From an uncultured virus (IMG/VR IMGVR_UViG_3300010214_000051) (lineage: Duplodnaviria > Heunggongvirae > Uroviricota > Caudoviricetes), in the IMG/VR virus record IMGVR_UViG_3300010214_000051, positions 1-64,000 of that record: a stretch of 64,000 nucleotides of DNA, one strand, 5' to 3'. This document shows, piece by piece, positions 55,265 through 64,000 of the stretch. The translations under genes and the position numbers were made by a program. Position 1 is the first letter of the stretch. Every line of letters begins with the position of its first letter. The notes under the pieces were generated by a model. That model made no database searches. It was not told the origin of the DNA and worked only from the letters and a program-made list of their open reading frames with translations.

Positions 55265-57201
55265 GCCTCCTGGTCTGCGACATCGAGGTTTATCCCAACC
55301 TATTCCTGATCGCGTTCAAGCGGTTGTCGGACGGGCGTGTCTTCACAATGGAGATGAGCGACCGTTCGCAAATCGACATCCCTCGGCTCAAGAAAATCCT
55401 CAAGGCGAATACGATCATAACTTTCAACGGGATGGCGTTCGACGTTCCGCTGATCTTCTATGCCATCAAGGGCGCGACCACGCGGCAACTGAAGTCTGCG
55501 GCGGATAGGATCATCAACGGACGGGTGAAATACTGGGATGTCGAAGACCTTCTCGGCATCAAGATTCCGCGTGACCTGGACCATCTGGACCTTATCGAAC
55601 CTCAACCCAACCCGTTCGCCAGTCTGAAGGTGCTGAACGGCCGGATGCACGGCCGCACCCTGCAAGACCTGCCATACGACCCTGACCGCGTCCTCACACA
55701 CGATGAGATGGACCAGGTCACTGCGTACTGCATCAACGATCTCGCGGCGACCGAGGCGCTTTTCAACGCCATGCGAGAGCCGCTGGAGATGCGTCAGGTC
55801 ATCGGCGCCGACCTGGGTGTAGACCTGCGTTCTAAGTCTGACACGCAGATGGGCCTCGCCATCATCAAGAACCGCGCCGAGCGCCTGTTGAGGCGCCGGA
55901 TTGAGAAAGTGCCTGTGAAGCCCGGAACCGCGTTCCGGTACAAGCCGCCGACCTACATGCAGTTCGAGACGCCCATCCTGCGGGAAATGCTTGAGCGTGT
56001 CCGCGAGCACGAGTTCGTGGTCAAGGATGACGGCAAGGTGGACCTTCCTTCCTTCCTAGCCGATACGCCCGTGGTGATTGGGGAAACGACCTACGCCATG
56101 GGTATCGGCGGGCTCCATTCCACCGAGAGCAACCGGGCTGTCCATAGCGACGAGGAACACGTCCTCCTGGACGCAGACTGCGCGGGATATTACCCGGCGA
56201 TCATCCTCACCCTGGGCATGTTCCCGCCCTCAATCGGCAAGGACTTCCTGCCGATCTTCAACGGCATCCGTGAGGATCGACTGGTCGCCAAGAGCGCCAA
56301 GGATAAGGCTCGCGACAAGGGCCTCAAGATCGCCACCAATGGCACTTTCGGGTCACTGGGCAACCGCTATTCCTTCGTCTTCGCGCCGCATCTGCTGATC
56401 GCGACAACGCTGACCGGCCAGCTTGCCCTTCTGATGCTGATCGAACGGGCCGAGCGCGCAGGCATTCAGGTCGTCAGCGCCAACACCGATGGCGTCGTTT
56501 TCCGCTGCCCTCGTGAGCACTTCGACGGCGTGGACGGTATCCGACTCAACCCCTCGTTCCTCGCCGACCTGACGAGCCAATGGGAGATCGACACCGGCTT
56601 CGATCTTGAGTTCGTTGAGTACGAGGCGATCTACAATCAGTCTGTGAACTCCTATTTTGCGTTGAAAAAGGACGGCGGACACAAACGCAAAGGCCCCATC
56701 GCTAACCCATGGTCGCCGCATCCCGACGACTTCGACCCTCGGGGCCAACTGATGAAGAACCCCCAGGCGACGATCTGCTCGGACGCCGCCCTGGCCCTGA
56801 TCAAGCACGGCACGCCGATCGAAGACACCATCTACGGCTGCACGGACATCCGGCAGTTCGTCACGGTCATCAAGGCCGACGGCGGCGCGACCTGGCGAGG
56901 CGACTATCTCGGCAAGGTGGTCCGCTATTACTGGTCGACCGACGGCGACCCGATATTCAAGGCCAAGGCGCACGCGAAGACCGGCAATCACCCGATGGTT
57001 CCGAAGACCGAGGGCGCAGCGCCTTGCATGACGTTGCCCGACGACCTGCCGGACGACATCGACTACGAGCGGTACGTCGCGGTGACGCGCGAGATCCTGA
57101 TGGACATCGGCTACGCCGAGCGCCCGGAAGTCGTGAAGCCCATTCGCCTGACCAAGGTGAACCGAAGCTACGTCCTGGGCATGTGGGCCACGGCCGCATG
57201 A
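55261..57201 (+). CDS. Family-B-like DNA polymerase with 3'-5' exonuclease
   Basis: DIEVY, FNG..FD, YC.ND; D...YYP, K...NG.FG, NTDG. Confidence 0.88.
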   Translation: MSLLVCDIEVYPNLFLIAFKRLSDGRVFTMEMSDRSQIDIPRLKKILKANTIITFNGMAFDVPLIFYAIKGATTRQLKSAADRIINGRVKYWDVEDLLGIKIPRDLDHLDLIEPQPNPFASLKVLNGRMHGRTLQDLPYDPDRVLTHDEMDQVTAYCINDLAATEALFNAMREPLEMRQVIGADLGVDLRSKSDTQMGLAIIKNRAERLLRRRIEKVPVKPGTAFRYKPPTYMQFETPILREMLERVREHEFVVKDDGKVDLPSFLADTPVVIGETTYAMGIGGLHSTESNRAVHSDEEHVLLDADCAGYYPAIILTLGMFPPSIGKDFLPIFNGIREDRLVAKSAKDKARDKGLKIATNGTFGSLGNRYSFVFAPHLLIATTLTGQLALLMLIERAERAGIQVVSANTDGVVFRCPREHFDGVDGIRLNPSFLADLTSQWEIDTGFDLEFVEYEAIYNQSVNSYFALKKDGGHKRKGPIANPWSPHPDDFDPRGQLMKNPQATICSDAALALIKHGTPIEDTIYGCTDIRQFVTVIKADGGATWRGDYLGKVVRYYWSTDGDPIFKAKAHAKTGNHPMVPKTEGAAPCMTLPDDLPDDIDYERYVAVTREILMDIGYAERPEVVKPIRLTKVNRSYVLGMWATAA

Positions 57202-58751
57202 GGCTGACCTACACCCAGGCCCGGTTGATGGCCTTGGCGACGGACCTGCCGCAATACATGAGCTTCGCGGCGCCGCTCGAGCCCGCGCATCTTTCGCACA
57301 CGATCCTGCGCGACTACCAGCTCGACATCCTGCAGCGGGCCGCCGCGCTGTTCCGGGCGGGTTATAGGCGGGTGCTGGTGGTGCTGCCGACCGGCGGCGG
57401 CAAGACCGTACTGGCGGGTCAGGCGCTGTTGGCGAGCCGCGCTGAGGCGTACACCTCGCACTTCTGGGTCCACCGCAAGGAGCTGATCGACCAGACCAGC
57501 GATTCCTTCAATGCGATGGGCCTGCCGCACAGTTTCGTCGCGGCCAAGCGTCCGTTCGACCCGACGGCCGGCACGCTGCTGGCCGGCGTTCAGACACTGG
57601 TCAATCGCCTGGACGCGGTTCTGCCGCCGAACCTGATCATCGTCGACGAAGCTCACCATGCGGTCGCCGGCACCTGGGCGAAGCTGATGGACGCCAATCC
57701 CGAGGCGTTCGTGCTGGGGCTGACGGCCACGCCGCAGCGCCTGGACGGTCGCGGGCTCATCGAGCATTTCGACGTGATGATCATGGGGCCTACGGTCGCC
57801 GATCTGATCGCGCGCGGTTTCCTGTCGCCCTTCGAATATTACGGACCGGACGTCCCGGATCTGACGGGGGTGCCGATCAGCGGCAGCGACTACCAGCGGG
57901 AATCGCTCGCCGAGGCGATGGATAAGCCCGTGCTGATCGGCAACATGGTGGACCACTACCTGCGACTGGCGAAGGGGGAGCAGGGCATCGTGTTCGGCGT
58001 CAATCGTCAGCATAGCCGTAACCTGGCCCAGGGGTTCCGTGACTGGGGCGTGCGGGCGGCGCACGTTGATTCCGACAGCGATGACCGCGAGGACATCGAC
58101 CGCGCGTTCCGTCGCGGCGAACTCGACATCATGACCAACGTCGCCCTGTTCGACGAAGGCTACGATGTCCCCGGCATCGTCTATGTCGGAGACGGCGCGC
58201 CGACGCGATCGCTGGTGAAGTTCCGCCAGAAGGTCGGCCGCGCGCTTCGCGTGATCTACGGCCCCGGCGGGGATCTCGCCTCGGACGCCGGGCGACGCGC
58301 CGCCATCGCAGCCGGGCCGAAGCCGTTCGGCGTGATCGCCGACCATGCCGGCAACGCCATCACCCACGGGCTGCCGGATGAAGATTATGAGTGGTCGCTG
58401 ACCGGCCGCGCCAAACGCGCTCGAGGCGCCTGCAACGCCGACGCCGATCCCGTGCGGCAATGCCTGGACTGCTACCGTATCTACAAGGCCGTGCTGCGAC
58501 AGTGCCCCGGCTGCGGCGCATCGGCCACCCCGACGCCGCGGGAGATCGAGCAGCGAGAAGGCGAACTGGTGAAGCTGGAGCGCGAGGGCCTGAAGCGCGC
58601 CAAACAGTTGCGCGAGAAGGCCGAGAAGCAGGCCTGTCAGTCGTTCGGCGACTTCGAGGCCCTGGCGAGGCAGCGCGGTTACGCGAACCCGCAAGGCTGG
58701 GCGCAGGTGCAAATGCAGATGAAGACGAACTATCGAGGGTTCCGCCGATGA
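57198..58751 (+). CDS. SF2 DEAH helicase
   Basis: LR.YQ, PTGGGKT, DEAHH, LTATP, EG.D.P, Q..GR, C-terminal Zn finger. Confidence 0.92.
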   Translation: MRLTYTQARLMALATDLPQYMSFAAPLEPAHLSHTILRDYQLDILQRAAALFRAGYRRVLVVLPTGGGKTVLAGQALLASRAEAYTSHFWVHRKELIDQTSDSFNAMGLPHSFVAAKRPFDPTAGTLLAGVQTLVNRLDAVLPPNLIIVDEAHHAVAGTWAKLMDANPEAFVLGLTATPQRLDGRGLIEHFDVMIMGPTVADLIARGFLSPFEYYGPDVPDLTGVPISGSDYQRESLAEAMDKPVLIGNMVDHYLRLAKGEQGIVFGVNRQHSRNLAQGFRDWGVRAAHVDSDSDDREDIDRAFRRGELDIMTNVALFDEGYDVPGIVYVGDGAPTRSLVKFRQKVGRALRVIYGPGGDLASDAGRRAAIAAGPKPFGVIADHAGNAITHGLPDEDYEWSLTGRAKRARGACNADADPVRQCLDCYRIYKAVLRQCPGCGASATPTPREIEQREGELVKLEREGLKRAKQLREKAEKQACQSFGDFEALARQRGYANPQGWAQVQMQMKTNYRGFRR

Positions 58752-59149
58752 GCGCATCTGAGAAGTCCATTCTCAACGACACGCTGGAAGCCCTCTCGGC
58801 GCTGCCGGAAACCTTCGTCTGGCGCAACAACACCGGCCAGGCCTGGCAGGGCGAGCCTGTCAGGGTCATCCCGGGCCGGACACTGATCATGGAGCCGGGC
58901 ATGGTGATCCTGCGAAATGCTCGCCCAGTGCAGTTCGGCTTGGTTGGGTCAGGCGACGGCATCGGCGCCCATGCGGGGTATCCGCTGATGATCGAGACGA
59001 AATCGGCTCGCGGCCGCCAGCGTGACCAGCAGGAAAAGTGCGAAATCGCCTGGCGAAAGGCCGGCGGAATCTACGTTCTCGGCAGCGATCCAGAGGAGAT
59101 CGTGCGCCAGGTTCGCCGCCAAGCCATTCCCGACCTGCTGCGGCGATAA
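58748..59149 (+). CDS. VRR-NUC / PD-(D/E)xK nuclease
   Basis: WRNN.G, G.GD, IE.K...GR....Q, GG.Y. Confidence 0.8.
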   Translation: MSASEKSILNDTLEALSALPETFVWRNNTGQAWQGEPVRVIPGRTLIMEPGMVILRNARPVQFGLVGSGDGIGAHAGYPLMIETKSARGRQRDQQEKCEIAWRKAGGIYVLGSDPEEIVRQVRRQAIPDLLRR

Positions 59150-59199
59150 GGCGGCCTTATGAAAAAATAATCGACGATAACTATTATTTCCTCTTGCGC

Positions 59200-59239
59200 G
59201 GTCACGCTAAGTGAGACATCAATCGCATGTTAGTTGACA
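59200..59239. promoter_or_regulatory. Operator(s) and TTGACA upstream of the repressor
   Basis: GGTCACGCTAAGTGAGACA and degenerate AATCGCATGTTAGTTGACA. Confidence 0.6.
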
Positions 59240-59267
59240 CTTGTCTCAATCGGAGGATGATTTTTCA

Positions 59268-59951
59268 ATGGCTGCGAATCAAACCGCTGCTGCTCCGGGT
59301 GACGCGGGCCAGAGTGCGGGCGCAGTCCGTCATCCTGAACTCGCCGCCCGTATCCAGAGGGCTCTCGACATTCACCCCCGGGCGCCGAACGGCCGCGGGC
59401 AGTACGCCTGGTTGGTCCGCGAGTTCAAGACACGCTACGGCATCGAGGTTACGCGCGAGGGCGTGCGGCGCTGGGTCATCGGCGAAGTGGAGCCCAGGTC
59501 CGAGCGGCGAGAACAGCTTGCTGAAATCCTCGACGTGTCGGTCGCCTGGCTGATGTCGGGCTACGATCCGACGCTGACGCCGAAAGTCTCTCGCTCGTCT
59601 CAGGAAAACCCTGCTGCGGACATCGTGGCGGGTATGCTGAAGCTCAACGGCTGGGTCGCGGCCATGCCCGATAGTCGCCGCGCTGACATTCAGGCGAACT
59701 TGCGCGGCCGCCGCTATGAGTTTGAGGTCAAGTCGATCCCGGCCGAGAAGCAGGCGGCGTTCGACGTGATGGTCGCGGACGTTGGCGACGTGGTCACCCT
59801 GGCGCTAATCGAGCGCGACGGGTTTTCGTTCGACCTGATCGAGGTCCGCGGCGAGCCCGGCGCAACCGTGAAGGTGCACAAGAAGGCTGACGGCTACGCT
59901 GCAACGGGCGGCGAGGTCATCCGCATCACGGATCTCAAGCGGCCGATATAA
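59268..59951 (+). CDS. XRE-family HTH repressor
   Basis: VT.E.VRRW..G...P......LA..L.VS..WL..G; GGAGG RBS. Confidence 0.8.
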   Translation: MAANQTAAAPGDAGQSAGAVRHPELAARIQRALDIHPRAPNGRGQYAWLVREFKTRYGIEVTREGVRRWVIGEVEPRSERREQLAEILDVSVAWLMSGYDPTLTPKVSRSSQENPAADIVAGMLKLNGWVAAMPDSRRADIQANLRGRRYEFEVKSIPAEKQAAFDVMVADVGDVVTLALIERDGFSFDLIEVRGEPGATVKVHKKADGYAATGGEVIRITDLKRPI

Positions 59952-59962
59952 ATAGAGACATT

Positions 59963-59981
59963 CGTCTCAAAAATAGTGACA
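59963..59981. promoter_or_regulatory. 19-bp operator-like palindrome
   Basis: CGTCTCAAAAATAGTGACA. Confidence 0.7.
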
Positions 59982-60027
59982 AGCAAGAGCGGTGCGGCTA
60001 GGGTGGACTCCTTATCGGAGACCGCCC

Positions 60028-60528
60028 TTGCCAACATCTGCCCGCTACGACTTTTTGCCCCCAGGCGTGACCTGTAAGGCCGCGCCTCGCGATATTACCG
60101 GAGAACGTTTCGATCGACTCGTTGCACTTCGTTGCGTCGGCAAACATGAAACCGGGTCGCTTCTATGGGAATGTCGCTGCGATTGTGGCGGGACCAAGGT
60201 TGTGCGTTCCAGCCATCTCGTGAACAAGAAGACGCGCTCATGCGGCTGCTATCGTTCTTATCCGAGGAAGCGGGGACACACGCCTTGGAACAAAGGTTTA
60301 TCGTATCAAACCAAGGGCGACACCGAGGTTTTCAGAAGCAAAAAGGCATTCACTGAAGCGGCGCTGCGCCGTTTCGGTAATAAATGCTCGGAATGCGGTT
60401 GGGACAAAGGGCGATGTGACGCGCATCATATTGTCCACAGGTCTAAGGGCGGTCTCAACACAATCGAAAACGCGAAGATTTTGTGCCCCAACTGTCACCG
60501 AGTCCACCATGAAAAGGCGGGCTGGTGA
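60028..60528 (+). CDS. Free-standing HNH endonuclease
   Basis: W.C.CDCG, SCGC, C..CG...HHI.....GG.N...N...LCPNCH..HH. Confidence 0.88.
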   Translation: MPTSARYDFLPPGVTCKAAPRDITGERFDRLVALRCVGKHETGSLLWECRCDCGGTKVVRSSHLVNKKTRSCGCYRSYPRKRGHTPWNKGLSYQTKGDTEVFRSKKAFTEAALRRFGNKCSECGWDKGRCDAHHIVHRSKGGLNTIENAKILCPNCHRVHHEKAGW

Positions 60529-62363
60529 TGCGTTTCGGCAGTGTTTGCAGTGGCATCGAAGCCGCCTCTATTGCGTTCGCGCCCCTTGGTTGGGAGGCCG
60601 CGTGGTTGGCAGAGGTCGACGTGGCTGCGTCGCAGGTTCTCTCCCATCGGCTCGGTGCGACGGCGCCCGTCTTCCCGCTCAACGGGACAGAGAAGGCAAT
60701 CTCGCGTCTGAAATGGGGTGGTCGGATCACCAACTGGGGCGACATGACCCGTGTCGCAGAGATGGTTCGCTCGGGTGAAGCCGAGGCGCCTGACGTTCTG
60801 TGCGGAGGAACCCCGTGCCAGTCGTTCTCTATCGCGGGTCTTCGGCGCGGCCTTGACGACGCGCGAGGCAATCTCGCGCTCGCGTTTATTCAACTGGCGA
60901 ATGCGATTGACGAACGTCGTGCTGCCGAGGGCAAGGAGCCTTGTATTGTCATATTTGAGAACGTCCCCGGACTCCAGTCCTCCCATGATAACGCCTTCGG
61001 CTGTTTCCTCGCCGGACTTGCCGGGGATGACGACGCTCTTGAGCCTGGCCCACGACCTGGACCAGCACGGTCCTCTGCCTACTGGACATGGGACAAAAAG
61101 GCCGGTCAGCACCGCGCTAAGTGGCCGGACGCGGGTGCTGCTGTTGGACCCCAGAGGGCAGTCGGCTGGCGGATCGGCGATGCCCAATGGTTCGGCTTGG
61201 CCCAACGACGCCGTCGTATCTTCGTTGTCGCAAGTGCTCGTGAGGGGTTCGATCCCGCAGCAATACTTCTTGAGTTCGACGGCGTGCGCCGGGATTCTCC
61301 GCCGAGCCGAGAAACGGGGCAAGAAGTTGCCGGAACCCTTGATGCTCGCACTGATGGCGGCGGTTTCCCAGGATCAGACGGAGCCGCACAGTATCACGTC
61401 GTCCCTCATGGACTCGGAAGCGGACGACCTGATGGATCTGTTGGGCTAGGGTTCGCGGTTGAAGTCTGCCCGACGCNNNNNNNNNNCGCAGGCGGGAACA
61501 CGACCGGGGGCGATCGTCCGCCTGGCACCGACGTCGACACAGCTGATAGTCTCATCGTGCAGGCGGTCCCGACCTGGTGGGACGGATCGCCGGTCAGTCA
61601 GACGCTCGACGCCGTTCTCTACAAGGGGCAGACGATGCCCGAGAAGAACCGCTTCCCGGCGGTGCTTCAGCCGGTCGCGTTCACGCAGAACAGCCGAGAC
61701 GAAGTCCGCCTCATCAACGGCGACGGGCAGATAGCAGGGACACTTAGTGCAGAGGGCGGGACGCACCAGACGAACTATATCGCGCAATCCGTCGCCCTCC
61801 GTGGTCGAGACGGCGGCGCCACCGCAGAACTTGGTGGCGAAGCGGCCTATGCGCTGCGGGCGTCCGATGGCGGCGGGAGCGATCCCTATGTGCTGGCGCC
61901 GGTGGTCTGCGTCACAGGCGACGTCACCCACACGCTGAAGGCCGAAGGGTTCGACGCGTCAGAGGATGGCACGGGTCGCGGTCAGCCGATTGTAGCTTTT
62001 GACACCTACAATCAATCGACCAGTGATGTGACACATACGCTCAGGAATCCGAACGGAACCTTCGGGGACGCACTGCCTGCCGTCTTCAACGGCGCCACCA
62101 TGGCCGTCCGCCGCCTGATGCCCATCGAATGTCACTATCTTCAAGGTTTTCCGGGCGACTGGTGCGCCGTCCTGACCGGGCCGAAGGGCGACAAGATCGC
62201 TGCCGACGGCCCGCAATACAAGCAGCTTGGGAACTCCTGGGCGGTCAATCACGCCCGCTGGGTCGGCTATCGGATCGCCGCGTGGCTCGCCGCGAATCCG
62301 TCGCGCCCGGTGATCGAGATGGAGTTCGACGAGAACCTGCTGATGTGGGCGCTCGCGGCATGA
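60525..62363 (+). CDS. DNA (cytosine-5) methyltransferase with long repetitive variable region
   Basis: SVCSGI, GGTPCQ.FS, ENV, Q.R.R.F, RRL.P.EC..LQGFP, YKQLGNS; spans N gap 61477-61486. Confidence 0.93.
   Translation: MMRFGSVCSGIEAASIAFAPLGWEAAWLAEVDVAASQVLSHRLGATAPVFPLNGTEKAISRLKWGGRITNWGDMTRVAEMVRSGEAEAPDVLCGGTPCQSFSIAGLRRGLDDARGNLALAFIQLANAIDERRAAEGKEPCIVIFENVPGLQSSHDNAFGCFLAGLAGDDDALEPGPRPGPARSSAYWTWDKKAGQHRAKWPDAGAAVGPQRAVGWRIGDAQWFGLAQRRRRIFVVASAREGFDPAAILLEFDGVRRDSPPSRETGQEVAGTLDARTDGGGFPGSDGAAQYHVVPHGLGSGRPDGSVGLGFAVEVCPTXXXXAGGNTTGGDRPPGTDVDTADSLIVQAVPTWWDGSPVSQTLDAVLYKGQTMPEKNRFPAVLQPVAFTQNSRDEVRLINGDGQIAGTLSAEGGTHQTNYIAQSVALRGRDGGATAELGGEAAYALRASDGGGSDPYVLAPVVCVTGDVTHTLKAEGFDASEDGTGRGQPIVAFDTYNQSTSDVTHTLRNPNGTFGDALPAVFNGATMAVRRLMPIECHYLQGFPGDWCAVLTGPKGDKIAADGPQYKQLGNSWAVNHARWVGYRIAAWLAANPSRPVIEMEFDENLLMWALAA
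61180..61449 (+). CDS. Overprinted alternative-frame ORF inside the C5 methyltransferase (start uncertain)
   Basis: Frame open 60751-61449; SSLSQVL...PQQYFLS..AC.GILRRA..RGK.LP; ends DDLMDLLG. Confidence 0.6.
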   Translation: MPNGSAWPNDAVVSSLSQVLVRGSIPQQYFLSSTACAGILRRAEKRGKKLPEPLMLALMAAVSQDQTEPHSITSSLMDSEADDLMDLLG

Positions 62364-62860
62364 CCGTCCTCGTCGTCACCGGCCATCGCCCTCACAAGCT
62401 TGGCGGCAACACGCCTCGCGTTCGCCTGGCCCTCGGTGGACTGGCGACCGAGTATCTGTGCCGCGAGCGGCCGGCGCAGGTCATCACCGGCATGGCGCTC
62501 GGCTGGGACCTGGCGGTCGCCGGCGCCTGCGTGGCGCTCGATATTCCATTCATCGCGGCGGTGCCGTTCGAGGGTCAGGAGATCCGCTGGCCCGACGACG
62601 CGCAAACTCGCTACCGGGATATGCTGGCGGCCGCCAGCGACGTGCAGATCGTTTCCCCGTGGCGGTGCAGCAGCGCCTACCAGGCGCGCAACGAGTGGAT
62701 GGTGGATCGCGGCGACAAGCTTGCCGCCCTGTGGGACGGCTCCTGGGGCGGCACGTTCAACTGCGTGAAGTATGCGCAGAAGCGCGGCCTGCCGATCGAC
62801 CAGTTGTGGGAACGCTGGACTCTCGATGAAGAGGCGAGGGCTCTGTTGGGGTCTGTGTAA
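62360..62860 (+). CDS. SLOG (YspA/DUF1273-like) protein
   Basis: TGHRP.KL, GMA.G.D, RN.WMVD, WDG..GGT..CV.YA. Confidence 0.88.
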   Translation: MTVLVVTGHRPHKLGGNTPRVRLALGGLATEYLCRERPAQVITGMALGWDLAVAGACVALDIPFIAAVPFEGQEIRWPDDAQTRYRDMLAAASDVQIVSPWRCSSAYQARNEWMVDRGDKLAALWDGSWGGTFNCVKYAQKRGLPIDQLWERWTLDEEARALLGSV

Positions 62861-62862
62861 TG

Positions 62863-63352
62863 TCACCGACGCCGCCGCGCCGGACACGCCTCTTCAATCA
62901 CGTCGATCTGCTGCCCGGCGCCCGCCAGCGAAAACGTGGCCTCCTGGACGCCTCGACCATGGACGCGGATCGCCAGCGGCAGCTCTGACCGAAATGCCGT
63001 CAGCATCGCTTCTGCGTCGCGTCCTTGAATCTGCGCGCTGGTGCCGGACATCAGATGGAAGGTGCTCCGCTTGATCTCCCCATCGCCCACCTTCCAGTCG
63101 ACATAGACCTGATCCCGCCCGAGGAATGCCGGCCACTGGAGGGCCACCTTCCGTCGGTCCGCCGCGCAGGTCAGGATCAACATGGCCTTCTCGGGCCGAC
63201 CGATGACGTTGATGATCGGTTCGTCCGATTCCNNNNNNNNNNCCCGCCAGATAGGTTCGCTGCTGGTCGAGCGCAGAGGTGGTGTCGTCGATCAGCCATT
63301 CCGTCGGCGCGGTGGTCTGCAGCAGGGCTGCGGCGATGAGGGCGGTGAACAT
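62863..63352 (-). CDS. Secreted/periplasmic protein; frame broken by N gap
   Basis: Signal-peptide-like start at 63352; continues into 62863..63183 across gap 63233-63242. Confidence 0.6.
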
Positions 63353-63356
63353 GGTT

Positions 63357-64000
63357 CTACGATAGGCCTTGTTTCTCAGCTTCGTCCAGATGGTTGCTCC
63401 ACCACGTCATCATCGCGCGGCGCTCTGCTAGATATTCCGCCGCATTGTATGCCGACCGCACAGCATCGCCGGGAACGTGGGCCAGTTGGCGTTCGATGAC
63501 GTCGGCACGAAAGAGCCCGCTCTCGTTCGCCAGCGTGGAAGCGGTGCCTCGGAAACCGTGCACGGTCGCCCGCGAATGGTAGCCCATCCGATAGAGCGCA
63601 TAGATCAGGGTGTTGGCGGACATCATGCCGCCCAGGACGCCAGGCGCGATGTACGCGCTGCCTCTTCCTGCCGCTTTGAGGCGGGCGAGGATCGCCTGCG
63701 ACTGCGGGGTCAGGGGGACCAGGTGGTCGCGCGACATCTTCATACGTTCGGCCGGGATGCGCCACAGGTCGCCGTCGATCTCCGACCACTCGGCCCCTCG
63801 CACCTCGCCGGTCCGCGTCCAGGTGTGGATCAGGAACTCGAGCGCCAGCGGCGTGACCGGGTCGCCTTCGTATGCTCGCAACCTGCGGACGAACTCGGGC
63901 AGCTCGTTCGCCGGGAGCTTGGCCTGGTGCCGCACCCGGGGCGAAGGCTTGAGCGCGCCACGAAGATCTCCGGTCGGGTCACGCTCTGCTCGGCCGGTGG
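63357..64000 (-). CDS. int: Tyrosine integrase (P4-like), C-terminal part
   Basis: R.GE...A.W.E, W.IPA.RMK...H.VPL, HGFR, IE.QLAH, AYN...Y...R; 5' end lies beyond the window. Confidence 0.93.
   Translation of the reverse strand, partial: TGRAERDPTGDLRGALKPSPRVRHQAKLPANELPEFVRRLRAYEGDPVTPLALEFLIHTWTRTGEVRGAEWSEIDGDLWRIPAERMKMSRDHLVPLTPQSQAILARLKAAGRGSAYIAPGVLGGMMSANTLIYALYRMGYHSRATVHGFRGTASTLANESGLFRADVIERQLAHVPGDAVRSAYNAAEYLAERRAMMTWWSNHLDEAEKQGLS

Larger units (their letters stand above)
1..64000. mobile_element. Near-complete temperate siphophage/prophage, Chi-like gene order, alphaproteobacterial host
   Basis: Contiguous packaging, head, tail, lysis, replication, repressor and integrase modules; no host housekeeping operons seen. 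Confidence 0.95.

Overview
The window holds almost a whole temperate siphophage or prophage of an alphaproteobacterial host, most likely Caulobacteraceae (close GapR and CtrA homologues, an alphaproteobacterial LexA box and a CtrA box). Its gene order resembles Chi-like (Casjensviridae) phages. 1-27.6 kb (+): AlpA, terminase, lambda-type head, tail and lysis genes. 28-42.4 kb (-): accessory, host-takeover and nucleotide-metabolism genes. 42.8-46.4 kb (+): early/anti-restriction cluster with a C4-like antisense control unit. 47.2-47.8 kb: repeat-rich non-coding origin/cos candidate. 47.8-59.1 kb: replication genes (primase-helicase, Cas4-like nuclease, SSB, family-B-like polymerase, helicase, VRR-NUC). 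Then a repressor, HNH, C5 methyltransferase and a truncated tyrosine integrase. Main observations: (1) three HNH-type endonuclease insertions keep their host reading frames open with no visible intein motifs, one of them out of frame inside a DNA methyltransferase and flanked by a duplicated host motif; (2) a CtrA homologue lacking the phosphoacceptor Asp, encoded next to GapR downstream of a perfect CtrA box; (3) at least 14 copies of a 19-bp YGTC-N11-GACR palindrome; (4) a recurrent acidic 'DLL/DLG' motif at the ends of many unrelated proteins; (5) an overprinted ORF inside the C5 methyltransferase. All product calls come from recognising motifs by eye; no searches were run. Four 10-N scaffold gaps are present.
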